In this document: positions 17,920 to 27,328 of the stretch, piece by piece | Layout of the letters: the number at the start of each line of letters is the position of its first letter | How positions within the stretch are numbered: position 1 is the stretch's first letter | From: Caldilineaceae bacterium | GTDB taxonomy: Bacteria; Chloroflexota; Anaerolineae; Caldilineales; Caldilineaceae | DNA length: 64,000 bases | Direction of reading: 5' to 3' | Assembly: GCA_965200685.1 (NCBI GenBank) | Contig: OZ241379.1 | Location: forward strand, 2,082,594 to 2,146,593 | Notes under the pieces: model-generated | What the model saw: the letters and a program-made list of their open reading frames with translations, nothing else | Database searches by the model: none | Told to the model about the DNA's origin: nothing | Translations under genes and position numbers: made by a program

Positions 17920-19371
17920 TCACTCTCCACTGGCATTGTTTTCTTCAAGGATCTCTGTAAGCGCAGCGACGAACTGGTCCGTGGGCAATGCGCCAGGGAT
18001 CAGGCGGCCTTGGTCGCTATACAGGACGATAAATGTCGGCGTGCCCCGCACGAAGGGCAGCCCTTCCTCGATATCATGCTGCACATCCTGCACAACCGCA
18101 TCGTCTGTCAGGCAGGTTGCAAATTCGTTGGTGTCTAGGTCGGATGCAGCGGCCAGCTCGATAAAATAGTCGCTGTTTTCCGCCTGACTCCACTCTTCTG
18201 TGTCCTCAAACAGGCGTTTGTGGAACGTCCAAAATGCGTTTTGCTGGGCTGCACATTCGGCAGCGATGGACGCGGAAAAAGCATAGGGGTGGATGTTTTC
18301 AATGGGAAAATGCTTGAACACCCACATGACATCTCCTACCTTAATAAACTCTTCATCCAGAATCGGCTGTGTTGTCAGCGTGTGGCGACGGCAGTAGGGA
18401 CACTGAAAGTCGCTAAATTCGATAACGACGAGAGGCGCATCACTGTTCCCATAATAGGTATCACCCGCGACAGTATAACCGGGACGCTGCGGGTCCGGGC
18501 TTAAGCCTTCTGCTGTAGCCCAGAAGGGGACTTGTTGGTTGCCCTGTTGTTGGCTCGCGGCCGCGCCTTGCGGTGAGCCGCCAGTGCGGATCGTTTCGAT
18601 CCACTCGGCAAAGACATCATAGGGCTGGGCCCCCCTCAAGCTGAACGATTGGCCTGTCTCTTCATGCACAAAGCGAAAACTAGGGGTCCCACTGAAGCCG
18701 AAGGACTGGGCTTCGGTCAGGCTTTCGGATACCCGCGCCAAGGGCACTGCAGTATTGGCCATGCACGCGCCGTATTGGGTCGCATCTGCCCCGATCTCTT
18801 GGACCAGCTCCGCAAAAAATGATAGGGCCACATCCAGAGATGCCCACTCCTGCTGGGTGAAGAAGAGCTGGTCGTGCATCTGCCAGAAGAGGATAATATC
18901 CTGCTCGGCGACACAGTTGGCGGCAATCGCGGCCGGGAGAGCATTGGGATGTAGAGAGGACAGAGGCATATCCCGGAACACGAATTTCACAAGGCCGGCT
19001 TCAACAAATCTGGCCAGCAAAGCCGGTTCGGTCTGGATAACGTGCCGGGCACAGAAGGGGCATTGGTAGTCGCTGTATTCGTAAATAGTAATCGCCGCGT
19101 TCGGGTCACCCCGGAAGGGGTACCCTTCGGCAGTAAAGCCCACAGGAAGGCCTTTGTACATGGCCTGCCCAGGGGCGGGAGAGAGGGGTTCTGGCTCCTC
19201 GTCTGCGGTGTTTGTGGCGGTAGGTTGCGCTTGCAGAACATCGACTGCTGTGTCCTTTGTGGGGACCGGGCTAGTGGCTAGAGAAATCCCACTCTCGCCG
19301 GCCACACAGCCGGAGATGAACAGAAGGGCAAGAACGAGGGAGAGCTGCGGGCATATGTTTGCTAAACTCAT
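17920..19371 (-). CDS. Lipoprotein with two tandem DsbA-like thioredoxin-fold domains (thiol:disulfide oxidoreductase)
   Basis: There are two CxxC active sites in DsbA-like context (YSDYQCPFCARH and FSDFQCPYCRRH). The lipobox is LLFISGC. I place the start at the ATG at 19371 (MSLANICPQLSLVLALLFISGC), which has GAGGAG 7 nt upstream. The track ORF extends to 19428. Confidence 0.85.
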   Translation of the reverse strand: MSLANICPQLSLVLALLFISGCVAGESGISLATSPVPTKDTAVDVLQAQPTATNTADEEPEPLSPAPGQAMYKGLPVGFTAEGYPFRGDPNAAITIYEYSDYQCPFCARHVIQTEPALLARFVEAGLVKFVFRDMPLSSLHPNALPAAIAANCVAEQDIILFWQMHDQLFFTQQEWASLDVALSFFAELVQEIGADATQYGACMANTAVPLARVSESLTEAQSFGFSGTPSFRFVHEETGQSFSLRGAQPYDVFAEWIETIRTGGSPQGAAASQQQGNQQVPFWATAEGLSPDPQRPGYTVAGDTYYGNSDAPLVVIEFSDFQCPYCRRHTLTTQPILDEEFIKVGDVMWVFKHFPIENIHPYAFSASIAAECAAQQNAFWTFHKRLFEDTEEWSQAENSDYFIELAAASDLDTNEFATCLTDDAVVQDVQHDIEEGLPFVRGTPTFIVLYSDQGRLIPGALPTDQFVAALTEILEENNASGE

Positions 19372-19482
19372 GTAAAGGCTCCTCATGGGACGAATCCAAT
19401 GGAAAGTGCGACCGGTGATTGGCCGCATTCAATTCGCTTCACTCCCTGTATTGTAACCGTGAGAGCAACAGACCGCAATTTA

Positions 19483-19557
19483 TGATCAGGATTTTATGGG
19501 CCGCGCCCGCGCGTAACATCCATGTTCGGCCACACGCTCCTCTGTAAATCCTGATCA
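19483..19557. promoter_or_regulatory. Long-range inverted repeat in the divergent dsbA-like/cysD intergenic region
   Basis: TGATCAGGATTT (19483..19494) and AAATCCTGATCA (19546..19557) are perfect 12-nt complements enclosing 51 nt. Imperfect pairing extends outward. Confidence 0.3.
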
Positions 19558-19645
19558 AAATTTGCTGGAAAGAGCCATAACATCGTACTATTGAAGACGT
19601 ACCTGCAGTTTTTATGGTTATGAAAAACTGGTGTGAAAGGCACCC

Positions 19646-20539
19646 ATGTCAAGACACCTACGTGAACTTGAATCGGAAGCGATCTATGTACTGCGGGAGG
19701 TAGCGGCCCAGTTTGAGAGGCCCTATCTGCTTTTCTCTGGCGGCAAAGATTCCATTGTCTGTACATATTTGGCCCGCAAAGCCTTCACCCCAGGCCGGAT
19801 TCCCTTTCCGCTTCTGCATATTGACACCGGCCATAATTTTCCTGAGACTTTGGCGTTTCGGGATCAATTGGTGGAGAAACTAGGTGCTCGTCTTGTGGTG
19901 CGCTATGTACAGGATTCGATTGATGCTGGGCGGGTGCAGGAGGAGCTCGGGCCGAACCCTAGCCGCAACGGACTGCAGACCGTGACACTCCTAGATGCCT
20001 TAGCGGAGCTACAGGTGGATGCGGCCATAGGCGGGGCCCGTCGTGATGAGGAAAAGGCCCGGGCCAAGGAGCGTTTCTTCTCACATCGGGACGAATTCGG
20101 CCAGTGGCATCCAAAAAATCAGCGCCCAGAGCTGTGGACCCTATTCAATGGGCGCAAACACAGCCGCGAACATTTCAGAGTTTTTCCCATCAGCAATTGG
20201 ACCGAACTGGACATCTGGCAGTATATCGCTGAACATGAGATCGACCTGCCCAGCCTCTACTTCGCACACGAACGGGAGGTGGTCAAACGGGATGGGGTTT
20301 TGCTGGCGACTGGTCCTTACGTAGTTCCTCAGCCGGGTGAAACCAGGACCCGCCTGCGAGTACGTTTCCGCACAATTGGCGACATGACCTGTACTGGTGC
20401 GCTGGTCTCGTCCGCCTGCACCGTGCTGGGGATCATTGAAGAGGTCGCCACAGCTCGCATCACCGAACGGGGCGGGCGTGCCGACGACCGCCGCAGCGAA
20501 GCGGCCATGGAAGATAGAAAGCGGCAGGGGTATTTTTGA
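19646..20539 (+). CDS. cysD: Sulfate adenylyltransferase subunit 2
   Basis: 297 aa. LRELESEAIYVLREVAAQFERPYLLFSGGKDS is the PAPS-reductase-like ATP-PPase motif. The length and the downstream CysN fusion are typical. Confidence 0.93.
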   Translation: MSRHLRELESEAIYVLREVAAQFERPYLLFSGGKDSIVCTYLARKAFTPGRIPFPLLHIDTGHNFPETLAFRDQLVEKLGARLVVRYVQDSIDAGRVQEELGPNPSRNGLQTVTLLDALAELQVDAAIGGARRDEEKARAKERFFSHRDEFGQWHPKNQRPELWTLFNGRKHSREHFRVFPISNWTELDIWQYIAEHEIDLPSLYFAHEREVVKRDGVLLATGPYVVPQPGETRTRLRVRFRTIGDMTCTGALVSSACTVLGIIEEVATARITERGGRADDRRSEAAMEDRKRQGYF

Positions 20540-22434
20540 TGATGGATATCCTGCGATTTTCCACGGCTGGCAGTGTAGATGATGGCAAATCCACACTGAT
20601 CGGGCGGCTGCTGTACGATTCTAAAGCCATTTTTGAAGATCAACTGCAAGCGATAGAGCAGGCGAGCAGCGCGCGCGGTGATGCTGCAGTGGAGCTGGCA
20701 CTCCTGACCGATGGCCTGCGCGCGGAGCGAGAGCAAGGCATCACCATTGATGTGGCCTATCGCTACGTCACCACACCCAGGCGCAAGTTCATCATCGCGG
20801 ATACGCCGGGCCATATCCAATATACCCGCAATATGGTAACAGGCGCGTCCACCACCGAGCTGGCGATTGTGCTGGTGGACGCCCGCAAGGGGGTACTGAC
20901 CCAATCCAAACGGCACACATTCATCGCCTCCTTGTTGCAGATCCCCCATCTGGTGGTGGCTGTCAACAAAATGGATCTGGTGGGATACAGCGAGGATGTC
21001 TACAAACAGATCGTTGCTGATTACAACGCTTTTGTGAGTAGGCTCAATGTGAGGGATGTCGTCTATATCCCCATCTCCGCGCTGCACGGTGATAATGTGG
21101 TACGCCAGAGCGACACTATGCCTTGGTACGATGGCACAACACTGCTCCATCATCTGGAAACGGTCAACATCGGTGCCAACCGCAACAGCATCGACTTTCG
21201 CCTGCCGGTCCAGTATGTGATCCGTCCGCATCAGAATTTCCGCGGCTTTGCCGGGCAGATCGTCTCTGGCCGGGTCGCAATCGGTGATGAGGTCGTGTCC
21301 CTGCCAACGGGGTTACGCAGTCAAGTCTCCGCGATCTGGCGTGGGGAGGAGAACTGCGAGCGGGCCAGTGTAGGGGATTCGGTGGTTCTTACACTCAGCG
21401 ATGAGATCGATATCAGCCGGGGGGATATGCTGGTGCGAGTACGCAACCTCCCCCACAAATCCAATCAGATCGACGCCACCCTCTGCTGGGTCAATGAAGA
21501 ACCCATGCACCCGCGGGGGAGCTATTGGCTGCAACATTCGACCCGGCAAGTACGGGCCTTTCTCCAGGATCTGAATTATCGCATCAACGTGGACACCATG
21601 CACCGAGAAGCGGCCGATATCCTACAGCTGAACGAAATTGGCCGGGTGCAGATCACCACGACCCAGCCGCTCTTTTTTGATTCCTACCAGATCAACCGGG
21701 CCACCGGCAGTTTCATTCTCATTGACCCGCATACCAACAACACGGTTGCCGCCGGTATGATCCGGGACCGCGCCCGGCGGGTGAGTGAACTGGTGGAGAG
21801 GACAGAGCAGAACGAGAGACAGAGGTCTGACAATGTTGTCTGGGAGCAGACCGACATCACTCTGCCCATGCGCGAGACATTGAACGGCCACCAGGCCGCA
21901 GTCCTCTGGTTTACAGGATTGTCCGGTGCGGGCAAATCCACCATCTCCCAAGCTCTGGAACAGCGGCTCTATGGCCTAGGCGTGCGTACATTTTCCCTTG
22001 ACGGGGATAATGTACGTCATGGCTTGAACGGAGATTTGGGCTTTTCTCCACAGGAACGCATGGAGAACATCCGGCGGGTAGCGGAAGTGGCCAAATTGGC
22101 CTTTGAGCATGGGAATATCGTGCTCTGTACATTCATCTCACCGTATGCCGCAGACCGGGCTGTGGCCCGCTCCCTCGTGCCGGAGGGCAGATTCTGGGAA
22201 GTGTACGTCAAGTGTGATCTCAGCGTCTGTCAACAGCGGGATCCCAAAGGGCTTTACGCCCGGGCCTTGCAGGGCGAGATCCCCAATTTTACAGGTGTCA
22301 CTGCTCCTTACGAGGAGCCGCAACAGCCGGAGATCGTCGTGGAGACGGACCTGCACACGGCCGCTGCCTTAAGTGCAAAAATTTTGCAGGAACTCATGCG
22401 AGCAGGCGTTGTATCCCCAAAGGAACAGCAGTGA
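20539..22434 (+). CDS. cysNC: Bifunctional sulfate adenylyltransferase subunit 1 / adenylylsulfate (APS) kinase
   Basis: The GTPase G1 motif is GSVDDGKSTLIGRLL, with DTPGH. The C-terminal APS kinase P-loop is GLSGAGKSTI. The start ATG overlaps the cysD stop (TGATGATG). Confidence 0.93.
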   Translation: MMDILRFSTAGSVDDGKSTLIGRLLYDSKAIFEDQLQAIEQASSARGDAAVELALLTDGLRAEREQGITIDVAYRYVTTPRRKFIIADTPGHIQYTRNMVTGASTTELAIVLVDARKGVLTQSKRHTFIASLLQIPHLVVAVNKMDLVGYSEDVYKQIVADYNAFVSRLNVRDVVYIPISALHGDNVVRQSDTMPWYDGTTLLHHLETVNIGANRNSIDFRLPVQYVIRPHQNFRGFAGQIVSGRVAIGDEVVSLPTGLRSQVSAIWRGEENCERASVGDSVVLTLSDEIDISRGDMLVRVRNLPHKSNQIDATLCWVNEEPMHPRGSYWLQHSTRQVRAFLQDLNYRINVDTMHREAADILQLNEIGRVQITTTQPLFFDSYQINRATGSFILIDPHTNNTVAAGMIRDRARRVSELVERTEQNERQRSDNVVWEQTDITLPMRETLNGHQAAVLWFTGLSGAGKSTISQALEQRLYGLGVRTFSLDGDNVRHGLNGDLGFSPQERMENIRRVAEVAKLAFEHGNIVLCTFISPYAADRAVARSLVPEGRFWEVYVKCDLSVCQQRDPKGLYARALQGEIPNFTGVTAPYEEPQQPEIVVETDLHTAAALSAKILQELMRAGVVSPKEQQ

Positions 22435-23795
22435 CCAGTCATAGGCCCCTCGGTACTGCAGTGATTGTGGGTGGCAGCATGGCCGGCCTTTTTGCGGCCC
22501 GGGTGCTTGCCGAACACTGCGAGCGGGTCAGTATCGTTGAACGGGATGATCTACCCGATGGCCCGTACGCCCGCAGAGGTGTGCCCCAATCCCGCCATGT
22601 ACATGTACTCCTCTTACGAGGGGTGGCAATTCTGCGGGCACATTTCCCCGGCCTAGAGGAAGAACTGTTGGCCCTGGGCGCGCCATCTATGAGCTGGTTG
22701 AAAGATACGGCCGCTTTGGTCGGCGGTAGCTGGCTGCCCCGCTTTGATGCGGACCGAAACGGCTATAGCGTCAGCCGGGATCTGCTGGAGTGGCTGGTGC
22801 GTCAGCATCTCAGTCGTCAAAACAATGTCCAATTTCGTTGCGGCCACAGAGTCACTGAGCTTGTTGCCAACCACGACAAGAGCCGCATCAGCGGCGTGAC
22901 TGTCCACACAGCAGATGGTCGTGAAGACACTCTCCAGGCGGATATCGTGGTTGATGCCAGCGGGAGATCTTCCCAGCTGCCTCGTTGGTTGGAAAGGCTC
23001 GGCTATGCTGCGCCCCAGGAATCAACAGTCAGTGCCAATGTGGCCTACGCCACCCGCTGGTATAAGATCCCTGCTGGTTGGCAGGCGGACTGGAAAATGG
23101 TGCTGCTTGCCTCTCGATTCCCCGATATCCCCAGGGGTGCGGTCGTCCAACCTGTTGAGGGCAATCGTTGGGTCGTTACCCTCGTTGGTTATGCTGGGGA
23201 TCACCCGCCGACCGATGAAGAGGGGTTCACAGCATTTGCGCGCAACCTGATCGGGCCACAGGTCTCTGAGGTGATAGACAGGGCAGAGCCGATCACGGGC
23301 ATCCGTGGCTACCGACGCACAGAGAATCACTGGCGTCATTACGAACGTCTGGAACGCTGGCCACAGGGCCTGGTCGCCTTGGGCGATGCAGTGTGTGTCT
23401 TCAATCCGGTCTATGCTCAAGGGATGACCGTAAGCGCACTTTCCGCGCAGATCTTGGACAAAGTCTTAGCCAAGGCGGGGTCCGCTGGCCTGGGGTTGGC
23501 CTTTCAGAAAGCGTTAGCGAAAATGCTGCAAACGCCTTGGCGGTTAGCCACAGCTGATGATTTTCGTTGGGCTGGCCGCACTGCCGGCGATGCCACCTTC
23601 TTTGACCGCCTCATACATACCTATCTGGAGCATGTGCTGGACCGGATCCATCAACCAGATACCTGCCTCACGTTTTTTAACGTCGCTCATCTGCTCAGTC
23701 CGCCTGTTGCCCTTTGCCGGCCGCGTATCTCTATGCCGATCCTGTGGCGCATGATGCTGGGGCGTGGGCCGGCGCGCAACACCAATGGCCGCTAA
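22431..23795 (+). CDS. FAD-dependent oxidoreductase/monooxygenase family protein
   Basis: 454 aa. The N-terminal Rossmann dinucleotide motif is VIVGGSMAGLFAARVLA, with VERD following. The GTG start overlaps the cysNC stop (GTGA). Substrate is unknown. Confidence 0.65.
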   Translation: MTSHRPLGTAVIVGGSMAGLFAARVLAEHCERVSIVERDDLPDGPYARRGVPQSRHVHVLLLRGVAILRAHFPGLEEELLALGAPSMSWLKDTAALVGGSWLPRFDADRNGYSVSRDLLEWLVRQHLSRQNNVQFRCGHRVTELVANHDKSRISGVTVHTADGREDTLQADIVVDASGRSSQLPRWLERLGYAAPQESTVSANVAYATRWYKIPAGWQADWKMVLLASRFPDIPRGAVVQPVEGNRWVVTLVGYAGDHPPTDEEGFTAFARNLIGPQVSEVIDRAEPITGIRGYRRTENHWRHYERLERWPQGLVALGDAVCVFNPVYAQGMTVSALSAQILDKVLAKAGSAGLGLAFQKALAKMLQTPWRLATADDFRWAGRTAGDATFFDRLIHTYLEHVLDRIHQPDTCLTFFNVAHLLSPPVALCRPRISMPILWRMMLGRGPARNTNGR

Positions 23796-23808
23796 CTGTC
23801 GTTACTGG

Positions 23809-24495
23809 CTATTGAACGCTGATCAAGGGTGTGAGTTCGGCGATGGTCTTGGGCCCGATGCCGGGGACCCGTTCCAATTCTTCCACTGAAGCGTAGGGGC
23901 GGTTGGCGATGATGGCCGCTGCTTTGCTGGGGCCGATGCCGGGCAGAACAACGAGTTCCTCAACCCTGGCCGTGTTTATATTGATCAGGGCCTCTGTTGG
24001 CGCAACTGTCCTCAAAGTATTTCCTGAAAGGCCGGGGCGCGGTAGTTCGATTGTGGGAAGACTTGATGATATCTCTGTTGCGATGGCCGCGGCCGCTGTC
24101 GGTTGTGGTAGGAGTATGTGAATTTGCGCGCCATCAAAAACGACTTCCGCTTGGTTCACCAAGGCTGCATCGACATCCGCGAGGAGGCCGCCGGCCGCGG
24201 CCAATGCCTCCCCCACCCGTGACCCCGCAGGCAGTTCATAGAGGCCGGGCCTATGCACTCCACCACTAATGAAAACGGTCACTGGGCCGGGCGTTGCGCT
24301 GGGCAATGGGACAGGGGTGGGGGCTAGGGTTGGCGGCGGGTGTAGCACAATCGGGACTGCTGCTGGCTGTCGGAGTTGCCACATCAAAAACCCTGCCACA
24401 ATCGCGCAGAGTAGAAAGCCGAGGGCTGTAAATTTCAAAGCCCACATCAACGGCAAGTCCCTGCTCTCTGCGTTCCTCTCTTCCACAGCTGTCAC
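23809..24495 (-). CDS. comEA: ComEA family DNA-binding protein (TM anchor, SLBB-like region, C-terminal helix-hairpin-helix pair)
   Basis: The C-terminus is NINTARVEELVVLPGIGPSKAAAIIANRPYASVEELERVPGIGPKTIAEL. There is an N-terminal TM helix. Confidence 0.85.
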   Translation of the reverse strand: MTAVEERNAESRDLPLMWALKFTALGFLLCAIVAGFLMWQLRQPAAVPIVLHPPPTLAPTPVPLPSATPGPVTVFISGGVHRPGLYELPAGSRVGEALAAAGGLLADVDAALVNQAEVVFDGAQIHILLPQPTAAAAIATEISSSLPTIELPRPGLSGNTLRTVAPTEALININTARVEELVVLPGIGPSKAAAIIANRPYASVEELERVPGIGPKTIAELTPLISVQ

Positions 24496-25691
24496 TCGTC
24501 GGTGTTGCGCTTCAGGGCATTTTGCCCGAACAGGACCAGGGCCTGGTCGTCGTTCAGCGGGTGGAAGAGACCGGGGCGCACATCTCGTAGGTAGCGTTCT
24601 AGCGGCAGGTTGCGATTCATGGCGGCCCCACCTACGACCCGCAGCGTGTGGTCAACAGCTTTGATGGCATGATTTGTGACAGTACATTTGGTGGCGACAA
24701 CCGCAAGAGAGAGTTCATCTCGGCGCGCGGGGTGTTCGTCCCAACTCCAGGCCGTAGTATAGAGGAGTGCTCTGGCTTGGGTCAGCAGCAGTTCTGCTTG
24801 CCCAAGGCGACGCTGAATGCTTTCTAGGTCCGCGATAGGTTTGTTGAGGGCGGTGGGGATCCGCTTGCGCGCGAAATCGGCAGCGAAGTCCAGGGCCGCT
24901 TGGGCGACGCCGAGGTAGACTGCCCCGACTGTACAGATAAACCAGGCATTGGCCGGGACCTTGCCTGTTGTGCGTGGGCTGGGCGCGCCGCGCGCGATCA
25001 TCTGCTCTGTGGTCACCTGTGCGTTGACGATTTTCAGGTCATGGCTGCCGGTGGCGCGCATCCCCAAGGAATCCCAGGTTTCAATGATTTCAAAGTGTGG
25101 GCCTGCGGGGATGACGAAGCGGGCCACATGGCCGCTGCCGTCCTGCAGGGCCGCGGGAATGATGAAATAGTCCAGTTCCGGGCTGAGGCTGGCAAAGGTT
25201 TTGAGACCGTTGATGAGCCAGGCAGTTGGCTGGCTTGCGCCAGGCGTCTGGTAGATCGGATCAGCCGTAGTTTCCGGCAACCCCCCACGGCTCGGGCTGC
25301 CTAGCTGCGGCTCTGTGGCAATGGAGTTGATCAGCGCGCCCTGCTCGACTGCCTCCCGGCATATTTGTGCGAAGAGAGGTTGTGGCCAGCCACGGCTCGC
25401 GGCAGCCCCCCCCATGGCCTGCACATGCATCACAAAACTGAGGGCTGTGCTGCCATCTCCCTGGGCCAGGGTTTCCATCGTCAGCGTTGATTCCAGCAGA
25501 TTCGCCCCCCAGCCACCAAATTCCTGGGGGATCACCAAAGCTGGCAGACCGACCCGACGAATGTCGGTAAAATTTTCATGGGGGAATGTCCCGGCCCGGT
25601 CGTGTTGCGCGGCCCGTTCCCGCAATAGGGGGACTAGCCCGCGGGCGATGTCCACAAAATGCTGCTGGCGTTCAGTCCTTGGGTAAAGCAT
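24492..25691 (-). CDS. Acyl-CoA dehydrogenase family protein
   Basis: 399 aa with ACAD-like layout (EFGGWG, a middle beta domain, and a C-terminal helical domain ending in a RYLRDVRPGLFHP-type motif). There is a 4-nt overlap with comEA. Confidence 0.8.
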   Translation of the reverse strand: MLYPRTERQQHFVDIARGLVPLLRERAAQHDRAGTFPHENFTDIRRVGLPALVIPQEFGGWGANLLESTLTMETLAQGDGSTALSFVMHVQAMGGAAASRGWPQPLFAQICREAVEQGALINSIATEPQLGSPSRGGLPETTADPIYQTPGASQPTAWLINGLKTFASLSPELDYFIIPAALQDGSGHVARFVIPAGPHFEIIETWDSLGMRATGSHDLKIVNAQVTTEQMIARGAPSPRTTGKVPANAWFICTVGAVYLGVAQAALDFAADFARKRIPTALNKPIADLESIQRRLGQAELLLTQARALLYTTAWSWDEHPARRDELSLAVVATKCTVTNHAIKAVDHTLRVVGGAAMNRNLPLERYLRDVRPGLFHPLNDDQALVLFGQNALKRNTDE

Positions 25692-25828
25692 ACAACCTCC
25701 TGAAACAGTATCCTAACAGATATTCTATCACAGTTCAAGCGGTTTCCTACTACGTGTGGCTTTCTTGTCATGGTTTCATGGCTATGATATAGTAGCAACG
25801 GCAATAGTTCGGTGTTGAGGAGTACGAT

Positions 25829-26242
25829 ATGCAGGAAGAACGGATTCGAGTGCTGGTCGCCAAACCTGGCTTAGATGGCCATGACCGGGGGGCCAAGGTC
25901 ATCTCCAGGGCCCTACGAGATGCCGGCTTTGAGGTCATTTACACAGGCATTCGGCAGACACCGCAGATGATCGCAGAGGCCGCCCTGCAGGAGGATGTGG
26001 ACGTGATCGGGCTGTCGGTCCTCAGCGGGGCACATATGACTCTGTGCCCCAAGGTCATCGAACGACTCTACGCCCAAGGCCAAGAGGATGTGCTGGTGTT
26101 GGTGGGCGGCATCATTCCTGATGAGGATGTGGAACAACTCAAAGCCATGGGCGTTCACGGCATCTTTGGGCCGGGCGCGTCCTCGGCCGAGATCGTTGCT
26201 TTCATCCACAAGACCCTACGCAGTGGTTCGGAGATTGGATGA
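25829..26242 (+). CDS. Cobalamin (B12)-binding domain protein (methylmalonyl-CoA mutase C-terminal domain/small subunit type)
   Basis: 137 aa. [34 protein letters not shown] contains the DxHxxG B12-binding signature. GAGGAG lies upstream of the ATG. Confidence 0.88.
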   Translation: MQEERIRVLVAKPGLDGHDRGAKVISRALRDAGFEVIYTGIRQTPQMIAEAALQEDVDVIGLSVLSGAHMTLCPKVIERLYAQGQEDVLVLVGGIIPDEDVEQLKAMGVHGIFGPGASSAEIVAFIHKTLRSGSEIG

Positions 26243-27207
26243 CCACTCAACATCTGGTCGAAGGCCTCCTCAATGGGAATCGGCTCTCCCTTGCCCGCGC
26301 CATCAGCCGGGTCGAGGACGAGGCCGTTGACGCCGCAGAAATCCTGCAAGTGGTTTTCCCACATACAGGCAAAGCCCATCTGGTCGGTGTGACCGGTGCG
26401 CCGGGTACGGGAAAATCCACCCTCATGACCGTACTGACCAGCAGCTACCGGCGGGCAGGGCAGACAGTCGCGGTGTTGGCCGTGGACCCTACTAGCCCAT
26501 TTAGCCGCGGCGCGCTGCTCGGGGACCGGGTGCGGATGACCGAGCACAGCGGCGATCCAGGGGTGTTCATCCGTTCCATGGCCACCCGGCGCGGCATGGG
26601 CGGTCTGGCAAAAACAACTAGCGATGTACTGCTCCTGCTGGACGCAGCCGGCTTTGACCGCATCCTCATTGAAACTGTGGGCGTGGGCCAGACGGAGGTG
26701 AAGATCGCCAGTACCGCCCACACCATAGTCGTTGTAGAAGCGCCGGGGATGGGAGATGAGGTGCAAGCACTCAAAGCAGGAATGCTGGAGATCGCCGACA
26801 TCTTTGTGGTCAACAAAGCAGACCGCAAAGGCGTGGAACGGACAGTCAGCGCGCTGGAGATGATAGAGCAGACCCGTAGCGAGCACTGTGGTTGGTCGAT
26901 TCCTGTACTGAGAACTGTGGCCAGCGGCGCAGGGGCTTCGGGGGATACCCGCAATCGTGGCGTTGAACAACTCCGCAACGCCATTGAACAGCATCGGGCA
27001 TGGCTACATGAGAGCGGGACCTTGACCGCGCGCGAAAAGAACCGCTTTGCCTCTCTGCTCGAGACGCTTGTCCAAACAGAATTATTGCGGCGGGTGAAAC
27101 ACGCGCGCGCCGCTGCTGTAGGGGACCGCCTTATTGAACAGATAGTGCGTCGGGAAGTTGATCCCTACCGGGCCGCAGCAGATGTGGTGAACGGCAGTGG
27201 TCTGTAA
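26239..27207 (+). CDS. meaB: Methylmalonyl-CoA mutase-associated GTPase (ArgK/MeaB)
   Basis: 322 aa. The P-loop is [15 protein letters not shown] and NKAD motifs are present. An ATGA overlap links it to the B12-domain gene. Confidence 0.9.
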   Translation: MTTQHLVEGLLNGNRLSLARAISRVEDEAVDAAEILQVVFPHTGKAHLVGVTGAPGTGKSTLMTVLTSSYRRAGQTVAVLAVDPTSPFSRGALLGDRVRMTEHSGDPGVFIRSMATRRGMGGLAKTTSDVLLLLDAAGFDRILIETVGVGQTEVKIASTAHTIVVVEAPGMGDEVQALKAGMLEIADIFVVNKADRKGVERTVSALEMIEQTRSEHCGWSIPVLRTVASGAGASGDTRNRGVEQLRNAIEQHRAWLHESGTLTAREKNRFASLLETLVQTELLRRVKHARAAAVGDRLIEQIVRREVDPYRAAADVVNGSGL

Positions 27208-27277
27208 CAGTGCATATCTAAAGCAGCGGTTCACGATTGCCCCATAGACACTGCAGCGGAGAACATCACCAAATCAC

Positions 27278-27314
27278 AAGGACCCAGGACATTCGCCCTG
27301 GGTCCTTACTTTTT
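27278..27314 (+). terminator. Intrinsic terminator hairpin between the convergent meaB and LRR genes
   Basis: AAGGACCCAGG (27278..27288) pairs with CCTGGGTCCTT (27297..27307). That is an 11-bp perfect stem with an 8-nt loop, followed by ACTTTTT. Confidence 0.6.
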
Positions 27315-27328
27315 GATCACCTACTGCG

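Noticed and set aside
20329-21231. A 300-aa minus-strand ORF inside cysNC, and a 279-aa minus-strand ORF (26155..26994) inside meaB.
   Set aside because: They are antisense shadow ORFs in GC-rich coding sequence. The sense strands carry unambiguous CysN/CysC and MeaB motifs.
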